From the IMG/VR virus record IMGVR_UViG_3300035698_013060, positions 62,001 to 126,000 of that record: DNA of 64,000 bases; one strand, written 5' to 3'. A program made the translations under genes and the position numbers. The stretch's first letter is position 1, and the number at the start of each line of letters is the position of its first letter. The notes under the pieces are model-generated. The model was not told the DNA's origin and ran no database searches. It saw only the letters and a list, made by a program, of their open reading frames with translations. Positions 18,266 to 28,706 of this stretch are shown here, one piece after another.

Positions 18266-19284
18266 TTGTTGTCTTTCTTCAGACCTCCGTCATAAAACAG
18301 AGTACCTCCATCTTTGACATAAGGTATGTCTTCGACTTTAGTTGGAAACCCTTTTTCAGCTTCAGCTGCTTCACGGTCAGCTTTACACTTAGCAGAATGA
18401 CAGCTTGAATGCCAGAGTCCCTTCTTGGAGTTCCACCAGTGCTTTCCCTTGTACGGGGCGTTCCAACCACCAATCGCTGAAACAGAGCCAGAAAGCCGTT
18501 TACCACAACCTTCACATTTGTCGAACATCCACCGACGAAGGAGTTGGAGCATAGGGATTTGGATTTTCCAATGCCTCAAATGCCACCGAGGATGTTTGTA
18601 CCATGGGCGGTGTTCTGTTCGATAGACCCACCATAGACATTTAGCACCCGAAACGAATTTCTTCTTCAATTCCAAGACCTGTTTGGGAGTTGGAACTACG
18701 GACTCCTCAGCAACGATAGTCTCGAAACGTTTCCTGGCCTTATTGATATCTCCTAATGGAGGAGTACCATCAGCTGGGAAGATTGCTGGATTGCTACCAT
18801 CACCGAATTCGTTACCACCATAGGCTCTATGCAAGTACCTATCTTCAGCTCCTCCGTCAAAGCTGCTCTTGCAACTATCGATCGGATTTGAGGCAAAGTG
18901 CATGATCCATAGAAGATCTTTCGGTGTGAGTTCCTTCTTTCCGATACCCTCGTTGAAGCCAATTTGCCAAGCCATTCTGGTCATCAGCTGAAGGGCGACA
19001 CTCTCTGGGGGAAATCTCATTACACCCGTGTACTCGTCCCACACCTCGTTCCATGCGAACTCAGCAATCTTCTCTACCTCACTATACTCTTCTTCAGAGG
19101 GTCTGACAAAACTCCAGCCGCAGCTGTCATCACCACCTGGACCCTTCTGGGGGTCTTCGTGCCAAATGACCCATATCGTTGGACCGGCTTTCCACCGAGG
19201 GTTGTATATGCTACCGCCAGGGAACCGACTAGCCCTGAACCAGGGTAGCCTGAACTCGAACGCTAGTGTACTCGGATCGTGCAT
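18262..19284 (-). CDS. Hypothetical protein
   Basis: GAGGAGG RBS; Trp/His-rich; CEGC. Confidence 0.75.
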   Translation of the reverse strand: MHDPSTLAFEFRLPWFRASRFPGGSIYNPRWKAGPTIWVIWHEDPQKGPGGDDSCGWSFVRPSEEEYSEVEKIAEFAWNEVWDEYTGVMRFPPESVALQLMTRMAWQIGFNEGIGKKELTPKDLLWIMHFASNPIDSCKSSFDGGAEDRYLHRAYGGNEFGDGSNPAIFPADGTPPLGDINKARKRFETIVAEESVVPTPKQVLELKKKFVSGAKCLWWVYRTEHRPWYKHPRWHLRHWKIQIPMLQLLRRWMFDKCEGCGKRLSGSVSAIGGWNAPYKGKHWWNSKKGLWHSSCHSAKCKADREAAEAEKGFPTKVEDIPYVKDGGTLFYDGGLKKDNK

Positions 19285-19400
19285 GTCTCCTCCTCATATT
19301 GGCTATTTACAAGTACGCCAACAAACACCTCGTACCCCTATGAGTCAGCATTTCATTACTGATCTACATGTGATAGGAGTACGAGGTATTGTGACGGAAC

Positions 19401-19721
19401 CTATTTCGAACTGTCCTGAGTGTCGGCTTCAGGAACATCGACCTCATGAGCATCGAAATCATCAGGACCGATGGCCTCAGAATCATTGTCTTCTTTTTCG
19501 ACGTTTCCGAGGGATCCGACTTCCATGTACTCGTCGTACTGGACCTCAGAGATTTCATGGTAGGAGATCAACGTGATCTCTTCCTGAGGCCGGGACTTGC
19601 GACACTGAATGGCCCAGAGAATCGGATCGCCAGTGACGAAGCCATTCTCAATGTGGGGACCGCGAGCTTTGCCGTCAACCTGAACGCGGAAGTAACTGAC
19701 GAAGTAACGTTTCTCGGGCAT
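19401..19721 (-). CDS. Hypothetical protein
   Basis: AGGAG RBS; AACATCGAATCA motif at 19787-19798. Confidence 0.7.
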   Translation of the reverse strand: MPEKRYFVSYFRVQVDGKARGPHIENGFVTGDPILWAIQCRKSRPQEEITLISYHEISEVQYDEYMEVGSLGNVEKEDNDSEAIGPDDFDAHEVDVPEADTQDSSK

Positions 19722-19807
19722 GTCTCATTCTCCTATTTGGTGCTGGATCTTTTTGTGTATACTCACGTTTTCTGGACTCTGGTTCCTGATTCGATGTTTC
19801 CGAACCT

Positions 19808-19850
19808 AAAAAAGGTAGGTAGGCCCGTCCCCCTTTAAGGGGGGACGGGC
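19808..19850 (-). terminator. Intrinsic terminator
   Basis: gcccgtccccct-tta-aggggggacgggc hairpin with a minus-strand U-tract. Confidence 0.75.
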
Positions 19851-19873
19851 TCTACCCGGGGCGGAATCTCACG

Positions 19874-20776
19874 TCAGAGGTCGATTTCGATCCAATGGAT
19901 CTTCATACCTTCACGACGATCGTTTACAACGACACAGATCAGCTTGTTGTCCTTACGTTTCTCGGAAGGGTACTTCAGATACTTGGGATTGTATCCTTTG
20001 CCCCTCAAACCTTTCAGCGGGTTGTTAATCTCACTTGGTTTGCCCCTGGACCTGTCGCGCTTGTACCAGGGCTTTCCAGAGAATCCCTCGTAGAGATGCT
20101 GTAAGACTTTACAGACACTCTCGAGTTCCGGGAACCTGTCAGGGTAGAAGTTTCCACCGACGTGTGCTACCAGTCCAAACGAGAAGGCCGTAGCCCTCAT
20201 TGTCAGTTCGCAGTCGTTGATCCCAGATAGGAAACTCCGTACCTGCTCACTGTCCAGACCTGAGACTGGTTCGCTTGGGGGAACTGGGATATCGCAGAGA
20301 GTGAGGATAGCGTGAAACGCCTGGGTCTTATCGAGTACCCTTTCCGTCATCTCTATCGGTCTCTCCCTAGCCCTCATCTTTCGGTAGCCTGCCTGTGTGC
20401 CGGAGTAGCCTGAGGCGACAACCCTTTCGTTAGGGTCCTCTAATACCTCAATTTCCCCGATAGCAGTCGGGAACTTAGGCCATGAACGCCAGGGTCCGTC
20501 AAAAGCGACGTCCCCAAGGGTGACAGTTGCTCCATCACCCCTGCTCTTGTCCTTACTACTGACTTTCTTCACCCTTCCCCGGAGAGTTACACTCCGGGTG
20601 CTGATCTCAACGAGCGAGCCCTTTCGGAGGAACGGAGAGTCACACATCACAGTTCCCTTGTCGGGTACTGCTATGTACTCCTCGTCGTCCACCCTCAGTT
20701 GCGTCGTGGCTAAGTAGTCGATCTGCCACCCAGCCCTCGGGACCCAGAAGCGGGCCGCTTTGCTTGTCGTCTTCAT
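19874..20776 (-). CDS. Hypothetical protein
   Basis: 300-aa ORF. Confidence 0.7.
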   Translation of the reverse strand: MKTTSKAARFWVPRAGWQIDYLATTQLRVDDEEYIAVPDKGTVMCDSPFLRKGSLVEISTRSVTLRGRVKKVSSKDKSRGDGATVTLGDVAFDGPWRSWPKFPTAIGEIEVLEDPNERVVASGYSGTQAGYRKMRARERPIEMTERVLDKTQAFHAILTLCDIPVPPSEPVSGLDSEQVRSFLSGINDCELTMRATAFSFGLVAHVGGNFYPDRFPELESVCKVLQHLYEGFSGKPWYKRDRSRGKPSEINNPLKGLRGKGYNPKYLKYPSEKRKDNKLICVVVNDRREGMKIHWIEIDL

Positions 20777-20807
20777 TCTTCCGCCCTTTGTCCTTATCGA
20801 TTCTTCC

Positions 20808-21251
20808 TCACTTGTCCTTGAGTTTCTCTACTTGGTTCTTGGCTTTGGTCAACTGACCTTTGAGAGAGCTGATCTTCTTCTTGGCGACCTTGAGCTCTTC
20901 CTCAAAGCTTCCGGCATGCGTTTCAGCCTGACTTTTGGCGAGGCTGGCAAGCGACAGTTCTTCCTGAAGCTTGATGTTCGTGTCGTTGATGGCTTCGACC
21001 TTCTTCTCGAGCTTCTTCAGGCTAGCCCGGATCTTGTCGGCCGCTTCCTGAGTCAACATTCCCTCGAGAAATCCACACAAGGACAGGACAATGCTCCTGG
21101 CCCTGGACAGAAACACATTCGTGGCTTGATCAGCGGGACGGCGACCAGTACGCTTGCGCGTTGCGAACTTGCCTCCATCGTTGCTGCACGTGAGACCGTT
21201 GAAGGATTCTTCGGCCAACTTCTGAAATTCTCCGATCTGCGACTTGTCCAT
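20808..21251 (-). CDS. Coiled-coil hypothetical protein
   Basis: AGGAGG RBS; TATATTAG motif at 21298-21305 upstream. Confidence 0.75.
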   Translation of the reverse strand: MDKSQIGEFQKLAEESFNGLTCSNDGGKFATRKRTGRRPADQATNVFLSRARSIVLSLCGFLEGMLTQEAADKIRASLKKLEKKVEAINDTNIKLQEELSLASLAKSQAETHAGSFEEELKVAKKKISSLKGQLTKAKNQVEKLKDK

Positions 21252-21377
21252 TCTTCTCCTCCTGGGTTATATAGGGGATCCTTTCCCCGACTCTGCTCTA
21301 ATATATGATGGAAAATTGGGTTAGAGGACCCCATCGGCCTAAGCCGATGAGGCACCTCAGGTAGCAGAGCTGTTTTG

Positions 21378-22385
21378 TTAGACAGTGGTGCCAGTGGCAT
21401 CTACCCAGTTGGTTCCATCGAACCAAATCGGCTGACCGAGAGTGGTATCGAAGTAGTATTCGTAGTCAGCAGGACTTCCAGGTCTTGAACCTGTGACGCC
21501 GCCTTGGATCAACTGCTTACCATCAATGGCAGTCTGAAGGCCGGTGACATTGGCGATGGTATGAACGTGAGAAGTCGCAGCCTTACCATCAATGGCAGTC
21601 TGAAGGCCGGTGACATTGGCGATGGTATGAACATGGCTTGTAGCCGCTTTACCATCGATCGCTGTCTGAAGACCGGTGACATCTGCGATAGCATGTGCAT
21701 CTGCAGCTTGATGAGCGCTGATAGCACTGGCTGGAGCATCACCTTGAGCGACACTACCTGCACCTGTACCGACGTCTCTTACAGCTGAATCACCGAGACC
21801 TGTGATAGCTGCAGCTGCGTGAATATGACCAGTCGCGGCCTTGCCATCAAGAGCTGTCTGAAGACCGGTGACATCTGCGATAGCATGGGCGTCAGCAGCT
21901 TGATGAGCGCTAATAGCACTCGCTGCCGTGCCAGTCGGATCATAGACTCCTGAATGATCATGAACGATCGGAGCCTTACCATCGATTTGTGCTTGAAGTC
22001 CGGTAACATCCGAAACGATATGAGCGTGAACAGTCTGAGCCTTCCCGTCCAGCGACGTCTGAAGACCTGTCACATCAGAGATGATATGTGCATGGATCAA
22101 CGGAGATTTGGCGTCCAGAAGTCCTTGCAACCCTGATACGCCACCGACGGTGTGTCCATGTCCGGTATCGGTTTTCCCGTCGAGAATTCCTTGCAAACCG
22201 TCGACATTCCCCACGGTATGCGTGTGAACTGTCGGGGCCTTCTCATCAAGGGCGACTTGCAAAGACGATACGTCGTTGATGACATGTCCGTGAGCACCGA
22301 GTCCGGCCTGTTGCTTGTCGTTAACCCTCAGATTTAAGAGGGCCAGATGACTGATTGGTACTACTTGTTCTGTTGGAGAGGCCAT
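21378..22385 (-). CDS. Tail-fibre-like protein with HxH-x-I-x-DVTGLQ-x2-LDGK repeats
   Basis: About 22-aa His-rich phage tail repeats; C-terminal GSRP...YFDTTLGQPIWF module; late motif AACAGATTATTA at 22428-22439. Confidence 0.8.
   Translation of the reverse strand: MASPTEQVVPISHLALLNLRVNDKQQAGLGAHGHVINDVSSLQVALDEKAPTVHTHTVGNVDGLQGILDGKTDTGHGHTVGGVSGLQGLLDAKSPLIHAHIISDVTGLQTSLDGKAQTVHAHIVSDVTGLQAQIDGKAPIVHDHSGVYDPTGTAASAISAHQAADAHAIADVTGLQTALDGKAATGHIHAAAAITGLGDSAVRDVGTGAGSVAQGDAPASAISAHQAADAHAIADVTGLQTAIDGKAATSHVHTIANVTGLQTAIDGKAATSHVHTIANVTGLQTAIDGKQLIQGGVTGSRPGSPADYEYYFDTTLGQPIWFDGTNWVDATGTTV
21517..21632. repeat. Internal direct repeat (50-bp exact block, 66-bp period)
   Basis: ttaccatcaatggcagtctgaaggccggtgacattggcgatggtatgaac at 21517 and 21583. 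Confidence 0.9.
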
Positions 22386-22465
22386 TTTTAGATCTCCTGA
22401 TTTAATTTTGAGTTCCTGAGTCTCAATTAATAATCTGTTTAAAACCCTAGAATCTCCATTCGTTC

Positions 22466-24124
22466 TTAACTCTCCTTTTCAAAAACAAGGCATCCGCAAT
22501 CATAGATCCTGTAAAATCCATTAGCCTTCATATTTTCACCTTCTGAAATAGATGAATCAAAGCTTTCAAGCGTATTTGATAAAAGATGCTTTTGATATTT
22601 AAGTCTAGATTCTCTTCTCTTCATTATTCCAACATATGAGTACGAAGGTGTTGACTTTCTCAGTAGCTTGAATCCTAAAGCCTCGTACATTCTACCATTC
22701 CCCCAACGAAGATCACAGTAGCTCACGATCCTTTTAGGAGATTTCCATCTCTCGAAAGAGGCTAGCAGCTTTCCAGCTCCACCCATTACTCTGTGTCCTG
22801 GAAGGGTAGCATATCTTAGCATCTCAGACCCACCGCCGCCGAATCTAGCTTTCCCGAAGGACATGACTGCTACTAGTTCATCTTCCAGAAAAAGTCCAAG
22901 ATTATTAGAAGAGGCTACATCTCCTTGAGTGTGGTTTGCCGTCATGAAGTCTCTTCTTTCTTTGGCGCTAATTTGGAAGACTTCACAGTCTCTAGCTGCT
23001 ACCTTCCAATCGTCATTTCCAAGCAGACTTCGTATCCTGGAACAACAGGCGTTTCTTCTATCTCTCCATTCATCCTCAAAAATATGGATTAGTCTAACCC
23101 CAGTGGCTTGACAAGCTTCGGTCTTTTCTAAGAGATGTCCAGAATCTCTAAACTCATCACTATGCCACCTGAGTCCGTCGAATTCGAAACCTATGGACAA
23201 TGAAGGAACAAAGACATCTATCTCTTTCCCTGAAAGGACTGAGCGGTCACCTTGGACTGGAGGAGATGTATCAATATTTTTGCAACACTCTGACACAAAA
23301 GTCAAAAGTTCGTCTTCGCCTCTAGATATCTGGACTCCACACCTAGGACAACCCTTACCTTGGAGATGATTGACAGGAGTCTGTTCAAATGAACCATGCT
23401 TCGTGCATACTATAGTTACGTTCGAATGACACCCTGAGTAATGACATTTCGAATAATCATACTTAGTTCCATGGACTTCAACTGAACGGTGTATGAACGA
23501 AGTGGCCGCTGCAATCGACTTACTTTTTCCTCTTTTCATCTTTGCACAAACAGGACATCCAGTTCCTTGGTTCATGTGAAGATTAGGGGTTTGATCAAAA
23601 GGACCATGGTTAGGACATACTATAACGACCTTCTTATTGGTACTTACTATTTCTGAGTTTGAGTAGTCATATTTCTTACCATGTTTTATCTTAGACTTCC
23701 TAACGAATTCTTTCTTAGTGAGTCTAGCTCTCCCTACACATGTAGAGCAACCTTTCCCAGCTATATGGTCTGCTGGACGTTGTTCAAAATCTCCATGCTT
23801 TGGACATACTATGACAACAGGTGTACAGTTATTAATGTACAAAACTTTTGAGTAGTCATACTTATTTCCATGCTTTTTTCTAGCTTTATGAGAAAACTCT
23901 TCCACACTGAACTTTTTTCGATTGGAACAAATCGGACAGCCGTGACCTCTTTCATAGTGCCGATACGGATGCTGTTCGAAATCTCCGTGCTTTGGACATG
24001 TTATAATAACCTTATTTTTCTGCCCAGTATACTTTGTCTTATCATAGTTGTACTTATTTCCATGCATTTTTCTTGATCTATGAACGAATTCCTCAGTAGT
24101 AAGTCTAGTGTATCTCATTTTCAA
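22466..24124 (-). mobile_element. Free-standing homing endonuclease (four DUF723-like Zn repeats, Vsr/PD-(D/E)XK-like nuclease, Hef-like C-terminus)
   Basis: Four HGxKYxYxK...CxxHGxFxQxPxxH...GCxxC repeats; EIDVFVP...GFEFDGLRWHS; visibly more AT-rich than neighbours. Confidence 0.8.
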
Positions 24125-24214
24125 CTCCTTTTAGTGAATTCTTATTTTGATTAATTGTTAATTCTCGTTATTAACAGGTCATCCCGAAGAATGACCTGCT
24201 AAGTTAACTTTGAC

Positions 24215-27200
24215 TTAAGAATTCCAGAGTTCCTTGACTTCTCTTTTCAGCTCAACGAGAACCTTATTACAGTACAAGTTAGCGAAGAGATCTACCGTCA
24301 TTCGGCTAATGATTGAAAGCGGAGAGACTACCATATCGATTGGTTCGTCCCCCTGTTCAGACATCGGAGAAACGGAGTCATCAATCACCTCAGAAATGAC
24401 TCCCTTCAAAGCAACCTGAGCCGAAACCTTATCACCGGTGGTACACTCATCCAAATGAGAGATGAAGAAGATGACCATTACACCATCAAAGTCTTTACCA
24501 AAGAGCTTCGGATACATGGTCTGCGTCGTCTTACCAACCTGAATAATGTCCTCAGTCTTGGTCTTCTCTACGATTCCGGCACGACGTTCATTGGCGACAA
24601 CGTATTCATCGATCATCTTCTTTACGGATGGGCCGAACTCTTCCAGAGGTCTATTGTAGAATACTCTGACATCGACAACTTTACCCGTGTACTTGGCCTG
24701 AATAACATTCCGCCCTAACTCCAAAATCTCCTGTCCAAACTCCGAACCCAGACGCTTGAGAACCTCATTGATCTCTGCTTCATCAAAGCTGGACTCGAAG
24801 ATCAAGAGGGGATCAGAGGCCTTGACCTCATCACCTATCTTGGAGAGCTTGGAGATGTTAGAGTTCGGCCCAAGAGCCACAGCCCTCTCAGTCACGACAT
24901 TGAATCCAAGAGCCTTCGACAGATCCCGGGTTGCTACGATGCTATCCTCGAAAGTGTTAGCATCACACATGACTGCTACCTTCGTCAAATAACCATTAGC
25001 ATACTCTGTGGACTTAGCTCCTCCAGAGAAGGGAGATCCAGGTTTGAAGAATGTCTCATCATACGCAAGTATCTTACCTGCTTTGAACTTTGTTCCTACC
25101 TTGAGACCTTGTGGAGTCAAATGAGACTCGATGAAGAACCCAGACTTGACATTCTTAACCAACCTAGGCTTGATATCAATGACACCTTTAGTACCGTCTT
25201 TGTACTTCAGGATGATAACCATATTCTTCAGATCGATCTTGTCTACTTGACCCTCCTGTTTGGCCTTGAAGGCAAAGTCGTCACCGATAACATGGGCCAC
25301 TGCCTTGTGAACCCCGGAACCGATCAGCGGCTTGGAGGTCCTGACTGACGGAGTAACGTGCTTCTGCTGAGTGACGGTCATACCGATTCTTTGGAAGTCA
25401 GCATGAGATACTGTGAACGGATTGAGCAACTCAATCAAACTCAACAGCTCTGAGGGACTCTTGTCATCACTCGAAGGCTCGATGAAACCCCTAACGTCTT
25501 CGACGTCAGCGTTGTATGACAACGATCTCACGACCCCAGCCTTGGAGTCAATCGGTGTAAAGATCCCGAAGGTCCCCTTCATCGTCTCACTGTAAGTACG
25601 GTACTCATCAGTGAAAGCTTCCTCAACGTTGATTCCACCCATGCCTTTAAAGGTCACCTTATCCAGAGCCTCGGACTCTACCAGCGGTGAAAGAAGGGAG
25701 ATGGTCTCTACGTTCTGACTCGCCATGATCTTCTTGACGGGACCATCACGTTTGACTTGCATCTTCCTCGGAGCTCCTGAAGCAGATCGTTCGATCTTAA
25801 GGCTTCTGAAGGCTTCCGCCAAGGTCTGATAGAGAGCTTGGTTGATCATCTCCAAGGACCTGATCCGATAGTTCCTGACATCACTGGCTGGAATGAACTG
25901 GTTGTCAGCAAGGAGAGTATTGCAGTGCAAGAGGAGACCGGTGAAATCGTCAGCCAATCCCATACGACGAAGGACATCAGCCGTGATCGGGTCAATCAGT
26001 CTCTGCCAGAAGTTCTGGAAGTTCTTAGAGACACCCCGGTTGTTGTATTCCTCGTCGAAGTAGTCAATATACGGGAGACCTTCAGCAGCCATCGCGTCTA
26101 GACGATATTCTTCCGTTGGCATGTTAGCCACACCGTTCATGATGAGATCGTCTTTGAAATGACGGCGTTCGTAGTAGAGCCATCCATCCTTGAATCGGAT
26201 GACACCCTTACGGAACTTCTCTTCAGTACTCAGATTAGTTCGCTTGGGATGGAACTCATACTTGATCCCATAGCGATCCATCATCTCCTCAAGGCCTTCC
26301 TTGAACGATAGCATCACGCCAACCGGAATAGTCTTGCCTACCATCCTAACGACAGTATACATGTACTTAGTTCCGGAGGTGGTCGAGGATAATTCAGAAG
26401 CGTTTTCTTCTCCTGTCTCATCTACCTTACTGGCAAGAAGCTCTGTCACGTCCAAGAATCCTGGATCGACAGTTTTGCCACTTGAAAGATCATGGAGCAT
26501 CAGAGAATCCTTCTCCTTAAAGAAGAACGCTCCTTTACCCTGGCGGGCAACAACTGTAGCTTCAGGCTTCTCACTAAGGAACGTACCGTACGCTTTACCG
26601 AACTCAGAGCTCAACTCTTCTTCCAACCTCTGAAGAGAGAAATTGATAGTACAGTCTGCTACCTTAATAGTAGAGAAATTCTTGGACAGCTCATCAAAGG
26701 CGAATGAGGTCTGGTAATCTCCATTGGCTTTACTCATGTTACCAGTGGAAATCTCGATACCTTGTCTCTTACGCCCCAAGAAGAACTTACGGAGACTCTC
26801 AACCTGCGTAGAGGCTTTCTGACCTTTACGGTTGACGAATGCCTTGTTGTACAGCGTAGTGATCTGAACTTCGTCGAAACGCTTCTTGACAACAGGTAGG
26901 GCTATGAATTGCTTTGCGATAAACTTCTTGGAGCCATTGAGGAACATGTATCCCTCATCAGTCACCTTTGGAACATCGACGCGGATGGTATGGGTCTTCC
27001 CACCTTTACGTCCTTCACGATAGACAACCCGGATGGTAGTCTTTCGATTGAAGGTATCAGAGCTGTCTTCCATCTGCATGTCTTCGACGAAGAGAGGAAG
27101 ATCTGGGTCATCGTTGAAAGCCCTGATGACCTCCACAGTATCCCTGAGCATTGCTTTCTTCTTGTACGAACTGGAAAGCGTCCGCGCCTTACACGTGCGT

Positions 27201-28372
27201 ATTTCAGGAAAGCCGATAGATGGGTCGGCTATCTCAAACGGATCCAACGAGGTATCGGAACTTGACAACACGTCACTCATCTTCACCGCCCCGGCCTCAG
27301 TCTGGATCTCGATAGTCTCCTGCTTGACAGCCATGTCAGCCACTCGTTTAGCAGCGGCTCTCTTCTCTCTGATTTCCTTCTTAGCAGTAGAAAGTTCGGC
27401 TGAGAATTGTTCATCCTTTAGGAGAATGTCGAGCGCGGCAGACACAGCGGTTTCCAGGTCAACAGCTGGGACAGCTTTCAGAACCGCGACTTCGATACGC
27501 TCCGACATCTGGGATGTCAGATGTCTACTGTTATCGTCCGGGACGTACCCGACGGCAGACATGATTTTTCGGGTTACCTCTGCTCTAACATCTTCCTCAG
27601 GTACCTCTTCGTTAGTACCAGAAGGACCAGTTCCTTCTTCCTCGGCAGCTCCATCTGTAACCATTGAGGATTCTTCGTCAGTCAACTCTTCCTTGCGCTG
27701 AAGTTTCTCAATGACTGCTAGAATCTTACCCAATCTATGTCTTTGCTTTGGATCGAATGACAGAACGACAGCGTAATTAGATTCAGCACTGAAGACCATC
27801 GGGACAAACCCATGTCCATCAGACAATTTCTTCAGAATGATAGCCTTGTCGATCAGCTTGAGGATATCAACTGTTGATCCTTCATCTCCGTTCAGAAGAA
27901 GTAGTTTGGTCGTATAGCTCTCAGCTTCTCCTGCCTTATCGTCGATGAAAGACAAAAGAGCATCAATCTTCCGGTTTGGATGAAGCTTAGCACCGAGAAT
28001 CCTAGACAGTTCTCCATGGACAGCATGTATCATGCTCTCCTTGTTGTACCTATCCATCTGTGTTCGAGTAACTCGAACCTTGCCCATGGGAAGCCTTTTA
28101 GCTTCCTTGTAATAGGCTTGCTGGTTCTGGAGTCTCTTGGACCCATCTCGGCCAGGAAGTGGAAGCTTAGAGCTTCTCGACATGTATGCAGCTCTGACAT
28201 TGGTTGACACATATCTTAACGGCTTAGCAGCATAGAAAGAGGCCGCTGCTGAATCGCTCGGCGACAACAGAAGGCAATATACGCTCCGGAATCTGTCTTT
28301 CCCGGAGGTGAGTCTAGCCACTTGGGCCCCTCTATAGACCACCAAGGGTCTCATTTTCTCCAGCTTTATCAT
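24215..28372 (-). CDS. rpoB: RNA polymerase beta-like subunit (virion-RNAP type, lacks the beta C-terminal clamp part)
   Basis: VPKVTDEGYMFLNG, TFKGMGG, NPFTVSHADFQRIGM..QQKH, FEDSI, GDKVSAQVALKGVIS, PIDMVVSPLSIISRM; start moved to ATG 28372 (GAGGA RBS) because a promoter motif overlaps 28426. Confidence 0.9.
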   Translation of the reverse strand: MIKLEKMRPLVVYRGAQVARLTSGKDRFRSVYCLLLSPSDSAAASFYAAKPLRYVSTNVRAAYMSRSSKLPLPGRDGSKRLQNQQAYYKEAKRLPMGKVRVTRTQMDRYNKESMIHAVHGELSRILGAKLHPNRKIDALLSFIDDKAGEAESYTTKLLLLNGDEGSTVDILKLIDKAIILKKLSDGHGFVPMVFSAESNYAVVLSFDPKQRHRLGKILAVIEKLQRKEELTDEESSMVTDGAAEEEGTGPSGTNEEVPEEDVRAEVTRKIMSAVGYVPDDNSRHLTSQMSERIEVAVLKAVPAVDLETAVSAALDILLKDEQFSAELSTAKKEIREKRAAAKRVADMAVKQETIEIQTEAGAVKMSDVLSSSDTSLDPFEIADPSIGFPEIRTCKARTLSSSYKKKAMLRDTVEVIRAFNDDPDLPLFVEDMQMEDSSDTFNRKTTIRVVYREGRKGGKTHTIRVDVPKVTDEGYMFLNGSKKFIAKQFIALPVVKKRFDEVQITTLYNKAFVNRKGQKASTQVESLRKFFLGRKRQGIEISTGNMSKANGDYQTSFAFDELSKNFSTIKVADCTINFSLQRLEEELSSEFGKAYGTFLSEKPEATVVARQGKGAFFFKEKDSLMLHDLSSGKTVDPGFLDVTELLASKVDETGEENASELSSTTSGTKYMYTVVRMVGKTIPVGVMLSFKEGLEEMMDRYGIKYEFHPKRTNLSTEEKFRKGVIRFKDGWLYYERRHFKDDLIMNGVANMPTEEYRLDAMAAEGLPYIDYFDEEYNNRGVSKNFQNFWQRLIDPITADVLRRMGLADDFTGLLLHCNTLLADNQFIPASDVRNYRIRSLEMINQALYQTLAEAFRSLKIERSASGAPRKMQVKRDGPVKKIMASQNVETISLLSPLVESEALDKVTFKGMGGINVEEAFTDEYRTYSETMKGTFGIFTPIDSKAGVVRSLSYNADVEDVRGFIEPSSDDKSPSELLSLIELLNPFTVSHADFQRIGMTVTQQKHVTPSVRTSKPLIGSGVHKAVAHVIGDDFAFKAKQEGQVDKIDLKNMVIILKYKDGTKGVIDIKPRLVKNVKSGFFIESHLTPQGLKVGTKFKAGKILAYDETFFKPGSPFSGGAKSTEYANGYLTKVAVMCDANTFEDSIVATRDLSKALGFNVVTERAVALGPNSNISKLSKIGDEVKASDPLLIFESSFDEAEINEVLKRLGSEFGQEILELGRNVIQAKYTGKVVDVRVFYNRPLEEFGPSVKKMIDEYVVANERRAGIVEKTKTEDIIQVGKTTQTMYPKLFGKDFDGVMVIFFISHLDECTTGDKVSAQVALKGVISEVIDDSVSPMSEQGDEPIDMVVSPLSIISRMTVDLFANLYCNKVLVELKREVKELWNS

Positions 28373-28423
28373 CTGTGCTGTCCTCTCGCGATTACGTTTC
28401 GTATGTATTGATTTTTTTGAAGT

Positions 28424-28435
28424 CAATTCTCTGTT
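28424..28435 (-). promoter_or_regulatory. Putative late promoter AACAGAGAATTG
   Basis: AACA-N4-AT-TG upstream of the virion-type beta gene. Confidence 0.6.
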
Positions 28436-28706
28436 CTGCGCAGCCCATAGGGGCCACTTCCCCCCGTAATCGTCTGCCTAAGCCGAAGCGTAGGTGGCCT
28501 TGTTGAGCCCATTGGAACCTTGCTTGGAGGGAACGATTGAGTGCCACCGAACATCTCATTTGAAATTCTACGGCACAGATATCGCGCTAAACAGGTACCT
28601 GGAATGTTTCCGGGGCGGCGCGGAAGTATCCGCGTTAGTCCAAGCTCGGAATGGCAAGTAACCGCTCCGGTAAAACAACCCCGATCACCGAAGAGGAGTT
28701 AAGAAA

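Noticed and set aside
24215-28372. Introns or inteins in RNAP, RNR or helicase genes
   Set aside because: ORFs are continuous with expected motif spacing; no intein-like insert or LAGLIDADG motifs seen
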